A stretch of DNA of 45,449 nt from a virus. The stretch spans positions 1-45,449 of the IMG/VR virus record IMGVR_UViG_638154508_000001. The stretch is one strand, 5' to 3'. The number at the start of each line of letters is the position of its first letter. The first letter of the stretch is position 1. A program made the translations under genes and the position numbers. Below are positions 28,611 to 36,763 of the stretch, in pieces. The notes beneath the pieces were generated by a model. It had not been told where the DNA came from and searched no databases. It saw only the letters and a program-made list of their open reading frames with translations.

Positions 28611-30719
28611 TTATGCCACGAGTTTTACATGCTCCTTGCCCCACATCAGGACATCTCCCTTTGAGGTCATTTTTTTGAGAGTTGTTTCTATCCTCTCTTT
28701 TTTGATGCCATGCTGCTCTGCTTCGTTGAAAAGATCCTGGACAGGTACCTTACCTGCGGGATATTTCCTGCCGCGCTCCTGGAGGACCTCTCTTACCATC
28801 CTAATTACATCCCGCTGGCTCTTTGATGATCCACCATTGAGGACCGATGCATCGACCTCCCCGGATTGAGAGTCAATACCCACAGTCCGGAGACAGTTAA
28901 GCATCAGCCGAGTCGCACGTTTTGCGTCATCGAGTGTAACCCCTTGGCTTAACCTTACCCTTGCAGAGGCCTCGGCGAGCCGTACAGTGGCTTCTTCTTG
29001 CCGTGTGGTGATTGGTATCGATTTTATCTTACTTGACTGTCCCGTTTTCCTAAGGTCCAGGTAAAAATGGTGTATGTGGTCCCTGGCTTCTGTCGTCAGA
29101 ACAGGGAAGATATTCCTCCTTGCATAGGCGACGTGTTTCCGGAAAAGGTCCGGAGGGATCTCGGGTCTAACGTGTGTGGAAGCTTCAGCCAGTTCTTCAG
29201 TTGAGAAGGCGGAATCAGAGACCGTTTCACGCTGTTGCCGCATCTCCCCTGCGGTATGAGTGCCTAACACATGCTCCGATATTCTCGCATCTTCTACAGC
29301 GTTAGGGGTATCCAGCAAAACGAAGATGAGATCAAACCTGGATAGTAGAGAGGGCGGCATATTGATCTGTTCTGCAAGGCCCTCGTAAGTGTCAAATTTT
29401 CCGTACTTCGGGTTTGCGCTCATGAATACAGCAGTGCGGGTTTTCAGGGTTGCGATGATGCCGGCTTTGGCCAGGTTTATCTCCTGCTGCTCCATGGCCT
29501 CGTGTAAAGCATCTCTGTCACCCTGTCTCATCTTATCGGCTTCGTCGACGTAGGCAACGCCCTTGTCTGCCATCACAAGGGCACCGCCTTCAACCGCCCA
29601 CCTACCTTCTCCGAATTTTTCGTCTTTTGTGACGATGGCTGTCAGGCCTCCGGCAGTTGTAGCTTTTCTGCTTGTGAATACCGCCCTTGGGGACCTGGCC
29701 TGTGAAGACTTCATGAGTTTGGTTTTGCCTTTTGAGGGGTCCCCCACACAGAGCAGGTGGATGTCTCCCCTGAGGTATGAACCATCCGGAGCGTTTTTCG
29801 GAACGCCAGAGAAGAGCTGTAGGGCTGTGGCCTCTTTGACGTCATCCATGCCGTAGATAAGAGGAGCTATTGAAGAGATAACCTTATCATAGACTGCCGG
29901 GTCCCTAGCAAGAGTGAGGATCTTCTTCTCGTCTTCAGGCGTGATTTCAATCTCGTCAAAGGCAGTACCCATACGCTCGATGGAATTGACCTCGAGGAAT
30001 ATGTCATAGAAAGTTGATTTCCCATCCCTTATCGTCCTCTGCCTGCTCATGAGGATCCCTGTTAAGATCACTCTCTCTCCGGGTAATATTAAGCCCGTCA
30101 GATCCTCTTCAATTGAGATGTCCAAGTTCTGTGCCTGTGTGCCTCTAAGGTCCTCAGGGGGTTCTTGGACCTGCAGTTTCTGAGCATCTACAAAGATCGA
30201 GTCCTCGATCCTGACTTTGTATGGGCCTTTCTTCCCGCAGGTTTCGTTCTCACAGCCGGAGAAAGGTTCTTCAAACTTGAAAGAAGGCTGGTCCACGAAT
30301 GTAATGTGTTCACACCTTAAGCACTGGAAAGCCGCTTTTGTAATCCTTGGCCTGACTTCTGTTGCCTTCCTGACCATCCCTTCAATAGATATCAACTTTC
30401 CTAAGTGTTTGCTTCTGAGCTCTCCTATGGGAACCCTGGTGGGGACGTTCATAATCCTTACATGGGCATCTTTAAGGATTTTATCAACGGGGAGATCTAT
30501 TTCTTTTAGGTTTGTCTCGAATTCTGGAATTAGTTCTCCGGGGTTGTTAAGTAGATCACGGGCGAGGTATCTGTCGAATTTTTCGACGTTGATGAAGTTA
30601 ATATATAGAGATCGAGTATCCGGGTACATATTAGCGAGTTCAAGGATATCGGTCCAGCAGTAGTCTTTGAAAAACCTTTTTATCATCTGGGCGTGTTTAT
30701 TTTCGTTGTCTTTAGTCAA
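28611..30719 (-). CDS. mcm: MCM replicative helicase
   Basis: Zn finger CLRC..CENETC, Walker A GDPSKGKT, Walker B YVDEADKM, Arg finger SRFD, and a C-terminal winged helix. Confidence 0.97.
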   Translation of the reverse strand: MTKDNENKHAQMIKRFFKDYCWTDILELANMYPDTRSLYINFINVEKFDRYLARDLLNNPGELIPEFETNLKEIDLPVDKILKDAHVRIMNVPTRVPIGELRSKHLGKLISIEGMVRKATEVRPRITKAAFQCLRCEHITFVDQPSFKFEEPFSGCENETCGKKGPYKVRIEDSIFVDAQKLQVQEPPEDLRGTQAQNLDISIEEDLTGLILPGERVILTGILMSRQRTIRDGKSTFYDIFLEVNSIERMGTAFDEIEITPEDEKKILTLARDPAVYDKVISSIAPLIYGMDDVKEATALQLFSGVPKNAPDGSYLRGDIHLLCVGDPSKGKTKLMKSSQARSPRAVFTSRKATTAGGLTAIVTKDEKFGEGRWAVEGGALVMADKGVAYVDEADKMRQGDRDALHEAMEQQEINLAKAGIIATLKTRTAVFMSANPKYGKFDTYEGLAEQINMPPSLLSRFDLIFVLLDTPNAVEDARISEHVLGTHTAGEMRQQRETVSDSAFSTEELAEASTHVRPEIPPDLFRKHVAYARRNIFPVLTTEARDHIHHFYLDLRKTGQSSKIKSIPITTRQEEATVRLAEASARVRLSQGVTLDDAKRATRLMLNCLRTVGIDSQSGEVDASVLNGGSSKSQRDVIRMVREVLQERGRKYPAGKVPVQDLFNEAEQHGIKKERIETTLKKMTSKGDVLMWGKEHVKLVA

Positions 30720-31161
30720 GGAGATCGGCCTCCTTTAATTTTGAAAGAACCCATTCCCTGGTTTCCGAAAGAGAATCGAACAAGAATATTGTCATATTCG
30801 TTTTCCAGTCAATTTTCCCGTTACTAACCTGGATAGCCAGAGACTCTTTCCATTTTTCAAATTTCTCAAGTCTTAATCTTTCAAGACTTGGATCTACATT
30901 CTTAGTCTGTCTCTTTGTTTCGGTTTTAGACATCTGGTCAAGAAGCCTGTAATTAGCCAGCTTCGTTTCTTCTTCTTCTAACGATCTTTTTAACCGTTCT
31001 ATTCTCAATTCACACGCCTGAATTGGGTTCACCTCTTCGAGTCGTCTGAGCATTCCTTCCTCTAATAGATCTTTATAAACTGCTTTACCAGATTCAAAAG
31101 TCATCTCATATGCGAGTTTTATTCGTAAGTCTACAGCAGTTGTAACTTTGTCTTTAGCCAA
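30712..31161 (-). CDS. Hypothetical protein coupled to MCM (candidate loader/initiator or regulator)
   Basis: 149 aa, charged and helical; overlaps the mcm start. Confidence 0.6.
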   Translation of the reverse strand: MAKDKVTTAVDLRIKLAYEMTFESGKAVYKDLLEEGMLRRLEEVNPIQACELRIERLKRSLEEEETKLANYRLLDQMSKTETKRQTKNVDPSLERLRLEKFEKWKESLAIQVSNGKIDWKTNMTIFLFDSLSETREWVLSKLKEADLLD

Positions 31162-31219
31162 GAATGCCCACCGATCACGTTTTTAGTATTTTTGGTTTAT
31201 TTTCTTTGGAAATAGTCTA

Positions 31220-31375
31220 TAGGGGGTTTTCTGTTCAGCTTATACGTACTGTACGTACGTACAGTACGTAGGATAATAGAGCCTCGGCTCATACAACAAA
31301 GCTGAACGTTCAGCCGATACGTATTTTATGGGGGTTTCGGGGGTTTTAGTTGTACGTATTATACGTACGTATTAG
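31220..31375. repeat. Palindrome cluster; candidate viral replication origin
   Basis: Perfect 28-bp palindrome TACGTACTGTACGTACGTACAGTACGTA (31243-31270), perfect 14-bp GCTGAACGTTCAGC (31301-31314), further TACGTA copies and GGGGGTTT repeats; non-coding. Confidence 0.7.
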
Positions 31376-31443
31376 ATCACAAGATCTTCACCCCCTAGAC
31401 CTTTGCAGAAATCTTGAAAAAATAACAGGGGAAAATTCCCCAT

Positions 31444-31788
31444 TTAAACAATCCAGAAACATTCCTCCAGGAGAATATTCGATTCATTTCGAGAGCAACA
31501 TATCTCCCAGTCGTGAACTTTTTTCGTAAGCTGCGCAAGCTCAGAGCTGCAGATCCTGACGATCTTCTGAACTTCCTGCCAACCTTCCCTCAAGAACTGA
31601 GGAAGATATTTTTCAGGACCCAAGAAGAAATCCCAGGGAAGAAAAAACGACTCTGGACCTGTATGGGTATTTTCATGCCTTCCGTCAAGTACCCGAAGTT
31701 CTCCTTTAAGTCTCTCAAGCTCCTTCCTGAGCTTTTCAATTTGATCTGGCACCTGAGAGCTTTGGTACTTTGAATTATCACAGGGCAT
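31444..31788 (-). CDS. Hypothetical protein with an N-terminal coiled coil
   Basis: Abuts the upstream gene; same strand as the operon. Confidence 0.55.
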   Translation of the reverse strand: MPCDNSKYQSSQVPDQIEKLRKELERLKGELRVLDGRHENTHTGPESFFLPWDFFLGPEKYLPQFLREGWQEVQKIVRICSSELAQLTKKVHDWEICCSRNESNILLEECFWIV

Positions 31789-32196
31789 TCAAATCACCAT
31801 CCTGAAAACCTTCGTCCACGCAACGGATTTACCATCAGAAAACGCTGACAACTGGATCTTTTCTGCAGGCACGCGGACAAAAATTACAGGATCTATAGGG
31901 TCCGCAGGATCTTCTTCTGAATGGACACAAAAAAGATACTCTCCACCTGCCTCCGTCAAAGCTTCGTGCTGTGCTTCCTTAAAGAAAAATCTACCAGACC
32001 TGCATTGGGTATTGGGATGACTGCGATCTATTGCAGACTCAACGCATGACTTAATCTCAAGGTGCTTTCCCTTGTATTTTGCATCGAATTTACCATCCCC
32101 GAAGACAACTCCTGGAAGAAGCCTCATAACAAGCTTTTCGATTTTTTTCCCATTCCTGGAGGCCCGGGTGTTCGGTTCTATTGATGCCGCTTTCAC
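31789..32196 (-). CDS. PD-(D/E)xK nuclease-like protein
   Basis: GKKIEKLV...GKFDAKYKGKHLEIKS pattern. Confidence 0.6.
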   Translation of the reverse strand: MKAASIEPNTRASRNGKKIEKLVMRLLPGVVFGDGKFDAKYKGKHLEIKSCVESAIDRSHPNTQCRSGRFFFKEAQHEALTEAGGEYLFCVHSEEDPADPIDPVIFVRVPAEKIQLSAFSDGKSVAWTKVFRMVI

Positions 32197-32295
32197 GATT
32201 CCACCCCGACCCAGTTTAGTCCAGGTTTCCGGGTGATGATCACCCCTGGGGATTTCGGAATGAAATCCGGATCCAAAAAAGAAGGAAGGGTCATT

Positions 32296-32859
32296 TCAAA
32301 CCCCCTGCAAAACCGTTTGCCTTGCAGCCCTTTCTTTTCCCAGGATCTCCAGATCAGAGATGTCTATCCTGAGCTTCCAGACCGACAGCTCATATCCGCA
32401 CTTTGGGCACCGCACATATGGCCACTGTGGCTTTGAATATCCTTTCAGGTGCCAGCCACCGTCGTGGTCATAGGAGCGCAACTCTCCGTTTTTCAAAGGT
32501 TCTCCGCAGCTGCAGGTCTTCCTCTCGCTCTGAAGCACCCTTTCCCAGAGCTTTTTCTGAGTATACCTGGCAAGCCCCGGATACGTAATACTACAGGGCT
32601 CAGGGTGCTGCTCCTCTTTCTCGTCTTCCTGCCGGACTTTTGCCCAGCACACCGGACCGTATCCTCTTTTGATGTTGGCAGCGTCCTTAAGTGCTCTGTG
32701 ACAACGCCGGCAAGTCTTCGAAGGGGTTTCCCCAGTCATAATCCCACCCCCCAGGTCACCTATAGAAAGATTCAAATCAGGGAGTGAGATACTTCCTGAC
32801 TGAGTGAAGCTCTGTCCATCGCAGGTGGCCGCCTTGATGTTTTGCAGTTCTTCACTCAC
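32296..32859 (-). CDS. DUF6011-like Zn-finger protein with a second Zn ribbon
   Basis: CRRCHRALKD..NIKRGYGPVCW; CSCG...CPKCG. Confidence 0.7.
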   Translation of the reverse strand: MSEELQNIKAATCDGQSFTQSGSISLPDLNLSIGDLGGGIMTGETPSKTCRRCHRALKDAANIKRGYGPVCWAKVRQEDEKEEQHPEPCSITYPGLARYTQKKLWERVLQSERKTCSCGEPLKNGELRSYDHDGGWHLKGYSKPQWPYVRCPKCGYELSVWKLRIDISDLEILGKERAARQTVLQGV

Positions 32860-32975
32860 GCTTTCACTTCCCTGGCCTTCAACTGTTTCCTGATCTCGTA
32901 CACAAACCGGGCCCCGGGAGAATTTCGCTTCTTCTCAATGAGAGCTGCCAGCTCAGGGGCGTGTCGAGTAGGCAT
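32856..32975 (-). CDS. 39-aa ORF (MPTRHAPELAALIEKKRNSPGARFVYEIRKQLKAREVKA)
   Basis: Translated by hand; overlaps both neighbours at stop/start codons. Confidence 0.45.
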   Translation of the reverse strand: MPTRHAPELAALIEKKRNSPGARFVYEIRKQLKAREVKA

Positions 32976-33673
32976 CAGGCATCTCCTCCGAACTGAGTTC
33001 TGAGCCGCAGATCTGCAATGATTGCTCTGTCGATTGCCCGAAAAACGTCGTCGTCATGCACAGAGATTTCCCAGTTATATCCCTTTGAGTTCCGTATAAT
33101 TTCCACGCGGTCCTGAGTGACATTTTTTATAATCTGCAGCTGGGACGGCTCCGGTTCAATAGCAGGTTGAGCAGCTGCTTCAATAGGGGGTTTAGCTGGC
33201 TGCCCCACCTGCTCTACAGGGAGTTTAACTTCTTCCGAAAGCTCTTGTTTGGGTGGCTCTACCTTTTCGGGATCGCAGGTAGGGGGGTTCGGGAGAGGAT
33301 GGGGTTCTTCGGGTTTTTCAGTCTGAGCGAGATTCTTAAATTCTTTCATCGCTGTGGATATATACGCGGCAGCAGCAAGCTTCATCTTATCATCAGGTAT
33401 CTCCGAGATCGGCACCTGGTGAAGTTGCGACTGCTCCCAGCTTGAAGCTACAAACCAGGGGTCTCGTTCAGCATCAAGGTTTATGCCGATCACCGTCTGG
33501 CCGAACTTCTCTTTATCCAGGCGCTTCGTGCCGACTGTTATCTTCAGGATCTCTTTGGTTCCAGGCTTTCGGAGTCTGCGGTTTTCGAACATGAACCCCT
33601 TTTCTTTGAGGAAATCCTCCATCTCGATCTTTTCACGAGCAGAAAAAGCAGTCTTGGTTGCTGTGTCCGTCAT
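32975..33673 (-). CDS. Hypothetical early protein
   Basis: 232 aa with a Pro/Glu-rich linker; ATGA-coupled. Confidence 0.65.
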   Translation of the reverse strand: MTDTATKTAFSAREKIEMEDFLKEKGFMFENRRLRKPGTKEILKITVGTKRLDKEKFGQTVIGINLDAERDPWFVASSWEQSQLHQVPISEIPDDKMKLAAAAYISTAMKEFKNLAQTEKPEEPHPLPNPPTCDPEKVEPPKQELSEEVKLPVEQVGQPAKPPIEAAAQPAIEPEPSQLQIIKNVTQDRVEIIRNSKGYNWEISVHDDDVFRAIDRAIIADLRLRTQFGGDA

Positions 33674-34275
33674 AGATCAGCCTCCACAGTCTCAGGCGTT
33701 CTTTTGATAAAAACAGGCTTTTGTTTCTTTCCGGATCCTCTCTTTTTTGAAGTTTTATTGGGGATTTCAGTCTGGGTTTTTTGTCTCTCAAGATCCGGCA
33801 TATCAAAGAGTACAGCTGCAGGAATGTCTGATATGGGCTCCTGAAGGTTCTCAAGCAACTTGTTAACTGCTTCAGACTCTCGCTTCAGATTTTCACCAGC
33901 TCCGAGCAGCAGCCGATTAGAACCCTCTGCAAATATTACTTCGTTTTCAGGAGCATTCGGATCAGAGACTAGCTCAGGTTCTATCACTTCAAAACGAGTT
34001 TGCACTTCAGGCAAAATATCAATGTCCCAATCTTCTATTTTTTTAGGGGTAATTACTGAAGCGAAGGCAACCTTTATAGACATAGAGCTTTCAAGCTTGC
34101 TAACCAGCTTTTCAAAAGCCAGCGCCGGCATATACATCCCATTGAGTCGCAAACTTTCCTGGTATTTGCCTGCAAGTTCGAAGGCCAGCTTTTCGATGAT
34201 AGGCTCGAATGTTTGCAGGATATCCTCGGGCAATTCATGCTTTTCGATGTTATGAGCGGTTTTCACTCCAGACAC
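33670..34275 (-). CDS. Hypothetical early protein
   Basis: 201 aa, acidic, with a basic tail. Confidence 0.65.
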   Translation of the reverse strand: MSGVKTAHNIEKHELPEDILQTFEPIIEKLAFELAGKYQESLRLNGMYMPALAFEKLVSKLESSMSIKVAFASVITPKKIEDWDIDILPEVQTRFEVIEPELVSDPNAPENEVIFAEGSNRLLLGAGENLKRESEAVNKLLENLQEPISDIPAAVLFDMPDLERQKTQTEIPNKTSKKRGSGKKQKPVFIKRTPETVEADL

Positions 34276-34400
34276 CTCCTCATTTCCATCTGTTCAGTCC
34301 TGGCGCAGTCAGAACATAGAGGCCGGACCTCGCTTGAAAACGCGACAATATCCTCACCGCATCTCCTGCACTTGGTTTTTACTTCAACATCATCACACAT
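34263..34400 (-). CDS. 45-aa CxxC...CxxC zinc-finger microprotein missing from the ORF track
   Basis: MCDDVEVKTKCRRCGEDIVAFSSEVRPLCSDCARTEQMEMRRCLE; fills the intergenic gap. Confidence 0.6.
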   Translation of the reverse strand: MCDDVEVKTKCRRCGEDIVAFSSEVRPLCSDCARTEQMEMRRCLE

Positions 34401-34413
34401 TTCAACAACTCCT

Positions 34414-34746
34414 TTACAATCCATTCAGGGGATGTACTACACACGGCAGAGTGTGTGGATTCCCATACTCAATTGAAGTGATGTCGTCCCATCCCCGCAA
34501 GTTTGCGACGATGGCCAGTAAAACCGGAACGTATGTGGATCCGAAGATACACAAAGCGACCGATTCCTGTCCGGTTGTCTTTTTTGCAGTTGCTATTTTC
34601 TTGGCAATATGCTCCAATATTGCAGGAACATGGTCCAGTGTATACTCCTTCCGGACCTGTTTTCCAATGTACACATTCCCAACATCAGCCGGGACGTCCT
34701 CCCGGAGATCAAATCTTACCGTCACATTTTTCGTCACGCAACTCAC
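34414..34746 (-). CDS. Small alpha/beta hypothetical protein
   Basis: 110-aa ORF in the early operon. Confidence 0.6.
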   Translation of the reverse strand: MSCVTKNVTVRFDLREDVPADVGNVYIGKQVRKEYTLDHVPAILEHIAKKIATAKKTTGQESVALCIFGSTYVPVLLAIVANLRGWDDITSIEYGNPHTLPCVVHPLNGL

Positions 34747-35053
34747 CGCTGGTCATACTGTTCACGACAACACTCCTGACGACTATTTTCAGCGCCCGGG
34801 TTGCCTTCTGTCTTTCAAGATTGTGAAGTACACCGGCTGCTACCTGGCGCCCGTAGAAAACCTCAGAAGACTTGCTTTCACACGACAACTGTTCGATTCC
34901 ATTCCCGCGTGCTTTTTCAATTTTCTCGTAGAGGTCTTTAGGCATCCGGAAGGTGCCAGTTATCATGTTTTCTTCATCGATCCAGCTACATTCTGCGCAG
35001 TCGCAGTCCGACTGCTCGTTGTTTCTACTTTCCGATGTTTTATTCTCTATCAC
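34709..35053 (-). CDS. Hypothetical early protein with an RHH-like GTFRMPKDLYEKIE segment
   Basis: A beta-strand/helix pattern typical of ribbon-helix-helix proteins. Confidence 0.5.
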   Translation of the reverse strand: MIENKTSESRNNEQSDCDCAECSWIDEENMITGTFRMPKDLYEKIEKARGNGIEQLSCESKSSEVFYGRQVAAGVLHNLERQKATRALKIVVRSVVVNSMTSGELRDEKCDGKI

Positions 35054-35089
35054 AACTTCACTTCCAAATTTTTTAGTGTATTAACCCCG

Positions 35090-35164
35090 TTGCCCTGCCC
35101 GGATTTGAACCGGGGTTTCTTGATCCAAAGTCAAGAGTGATTGGCCTGGCTACACTACAGGGCT
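35090..35164 (-). tRNA. trnQ: tRNA-Gln(UUG), virus-encoded, with no encoded CCA and an A1:A72 mismatch
   Basis: AGCCCTG acceptor / CAGGGCA; D arm; CTTGA-CT TTG GA-TCAAG anticodon arm; CCCGG-TTCAAAT-CCGGG T arm. Confidence 0.9.
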
Positions 35165-35171
35165 ACACGTG

Positions 35172-35198
35172 CCCCGTCCCGGTTATCCCGGGACGGGG
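35172..35198. other. Perfect 11-bp GC hairpin just 5' of tRNA-Gln
   Basis: CCCCGTCCCGG-TTATC-CCGGGACGGGG. Confidence 0.8.
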
Positions 35199-35342
35199 GT
35201 AGACTATGGTTTACAGTGGTCCGTTTTTCCGTTTATCAACTGACCCCTGAAACCGCCCGTGGGGCCAGCAGGTTTAAACTTATTTATGCTGTTGTCTCAT
35301 CCAGAATTTTTTTTGTTTTTTATTGTGTCCGGGTGGTCCCGG

Positions 35343-35412
35343 ATGCCGTATTCAGGAATCGAACCTGAAAGATCATCGAGGGGAGACAGGATCTTACGTC
35401 CAGTTACGGCAC
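35343..35412 (-). ncRNA. tRNA-like element A (acceptor stem and T arm; no canonical D or anticodon arm)
   Basis: GTGCCGTA/TACGGCAT stem; TCAGG-TTCGATT-CCTGA T arm; AAGATC/GATCTT stem with a 15-nt loop. Confidence 0.65.
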
Positions 35413-35459
35413 GTGGTTCACCCAGGCAGGGAAGCCGGGGGTATGTTCATCAGGATTTG

Positions 35460-35551
35460 TGCCGGTGCCCAGGCTTGAACTGGGGTGTGTGGGTGGTGGA
35501 ATCGAGGTATGATACAGGATCTGAGAAAAGAGTCCTCCCCCGGTCACCGGC
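35460..35551 (-). ncRNA. tRNA-like element B (92 nt)
   Basis: Perfect 7-bp GCCGGTG/CACCGGC plus discriminator A; CCCAG-TTCAAGC-CTGGG T arm; ~60-nt non-cloverleaf interior. Confidence 0.7.
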
Positions 35552-35686
35552 ATGATGTTTTGTTCTGACACTTGTTTCCTGTGAATTGAAATATTTGAAA
35601 ATCCAACTTTTTTCTATTACCAACGAAATACTGCTGGGGTTATTTTTCTGGGGAGGAGTTCTAACTCTGGCAGCTTGTGTCACCAA

Positions 35687-35899
35687 CTATGGGATGTTGC
35701 CGGGAGTATGTTGTGGGGGGATTACTTTCCGGCAGTCCTGTACCGCGTTTTTTTCTGATTCTGACACCCAGAGCTTGGCCATTGTGATCGTGGTCACAGC
35801 ATACATCCTGCCCTGAGCTTTATATCCCTGGATCTCCGCTTCTGGGGTTGCTGCTAGGATCCTGAGGTTTTCCTCGGTCTCAGGATCGAACCGGATCAT
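35687..35899 (-). CDS. Hypothetical early protein
   Basis: 70 aa with a GAGGT RBS; ends in TAG. Confidence 0.5.
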   Translation of the reverse strand: MIRFDPETEENLRILAATPEAEIQGYKAQGRMYAVTTITMAKLWVSESEKNAVQDCRKVIPPQHTPGNIP

Positions 35900-35902
35900 A
35901 CC

Positions 35903-36109
35903 TCAGATCCCCCCGTAGATCCGGACTGAACTCGTCCTGGTACGTGTCCCATTTTCCGTGAGTTTTTCACTTACTCCAGTTCCTATATCCTGTACTGTGA
36001 TGCCGTACTCATCCTCAAACTCGGTGATGATTGACATGATATCTTTCTCAAGCCTGCGCATGGCCTGTTTTGCCTCAGTTACGGTATGGATATCCGGACC
36101 CTGTGTCAT
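35903..36109 (-). CDS. Hypothetical early protein
   Basis: 68 aa; ATGA-coupled. Confidence 0.6.
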   Translation of the reverse strand: MTQGPDIHTVTEAKQAMRRLEKDIMSIITEFEDEYGITVQDIGTGVSEKLTENGTRTRTSSVRIYGGI

Positions 36110-36396
36110 GTGGATGCAGCCTCCTCCTTTCCAAGCAGCTTGTCAACGTGAGTGTCGTAATTCTCCTGCTGCTGTTGCGGGGTCATTGCCCTGTACTCAG
36201 TTCCAAACTTCGCAACAATGGTTCCATCCGGCTCCTGCTTCACAGGAATATTCTCCCTTGCCAGGCTGGCCAGCAGGCCTGCTCTCCACTGCCAGAAGTC
36301 GGAGAGGTAAGCAACTCTGTGCGTCCTGGACTTTCCCCAGCTGGAGTTGCCTGAACTCCCTGACTCAAAGCCGGCACGTTTTGCTGACCAGCTCAT
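36106..36396 (-). CDS. Hypothetical early protein
   Basis: 96 aa; ATGA-coupled. Confidence 0.6.
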   Translation of the reverse strand: MSWSAKRAGFESGSSGNSSWGKSRTHRVAYLSDFWQWRAGLLASLARENIPVKQEPDGTIVAKFGTEYRAMTPQQQQENYDTHVDKLLGKEEAAST

Positions 36397-36566
36397 TGCC
36401 CTACCTCCGCCAGGTGATCGGGATGCTCTGTCCCGGAGCTGTCAAGGATCGCGTTGATTTCGTGGATCAACACCTGGACCTCGGAATCAGGAGGGCTGAG
36501 TTTCGAGATCCTGTCGAGCCTTTCCTGGACTGGGAATACGATCTCGTCGTTGTACCAGTTCGACAT
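36393..36566 (-). CDS. 57-aa ORF missing from the ORF track (MSNWYNDEIVFPVQERLDRISKLSPPDSEVQVLIHEINAILDSSGTEHPDHLAEVGQ)
   Basis: Translated by hand; coupled on both sides. Confidence 0.55.
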   Translation of the reverse strand: MSNWYNDEIVFPVQERLDRISKLSPPDSEVQVLIHEINAILDSSGTEHPDHLAEVGQ

Positions 36567-36763
36567 CACTCTCCCTCCGGAAAATCCTCATACTCAATTT
36601 CACCGAATTCCACTTCACATGGTCCCTCCCACAAAGGGCAGGTCTCAAAACATTTTCTCGCAGCACATGGTTTATCGTCGTCTATTTCGTTGTATAGTTT
36701 CCTCTGGTCCTCGCATACGTATGCATTTATTATGTCAAAGGCTGTAATTTCCATAGTCATCAA
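36566..36763 (-). CDS. Small Cys-rich acidic protein
   Basis: CAARKCFETCPLWEGPC; coupled to neighbours. Confidence 0.55.
   Translation of the reverse strand: MMTMEITAFDIINAYVCEDQRKLYNEIDDDKPCAARKCFETCPLWEGPCEVEFGEIEYEDFPEGE

Noticed and set aside
7396-30719. Endolysin/pseudomurein endoisopeptidase
   Set aside because: No such catalytic motifs were recognised. This is consistent with an S-layer host lacking pseudomurein.
35343-35412. Element A as tRNA-Pyl or another functional tRNA
   Set aside because: There is no CUA anticodon loop and no 7-nt loop on a 5-6 bp stem. It is kept only as tRNA-like.
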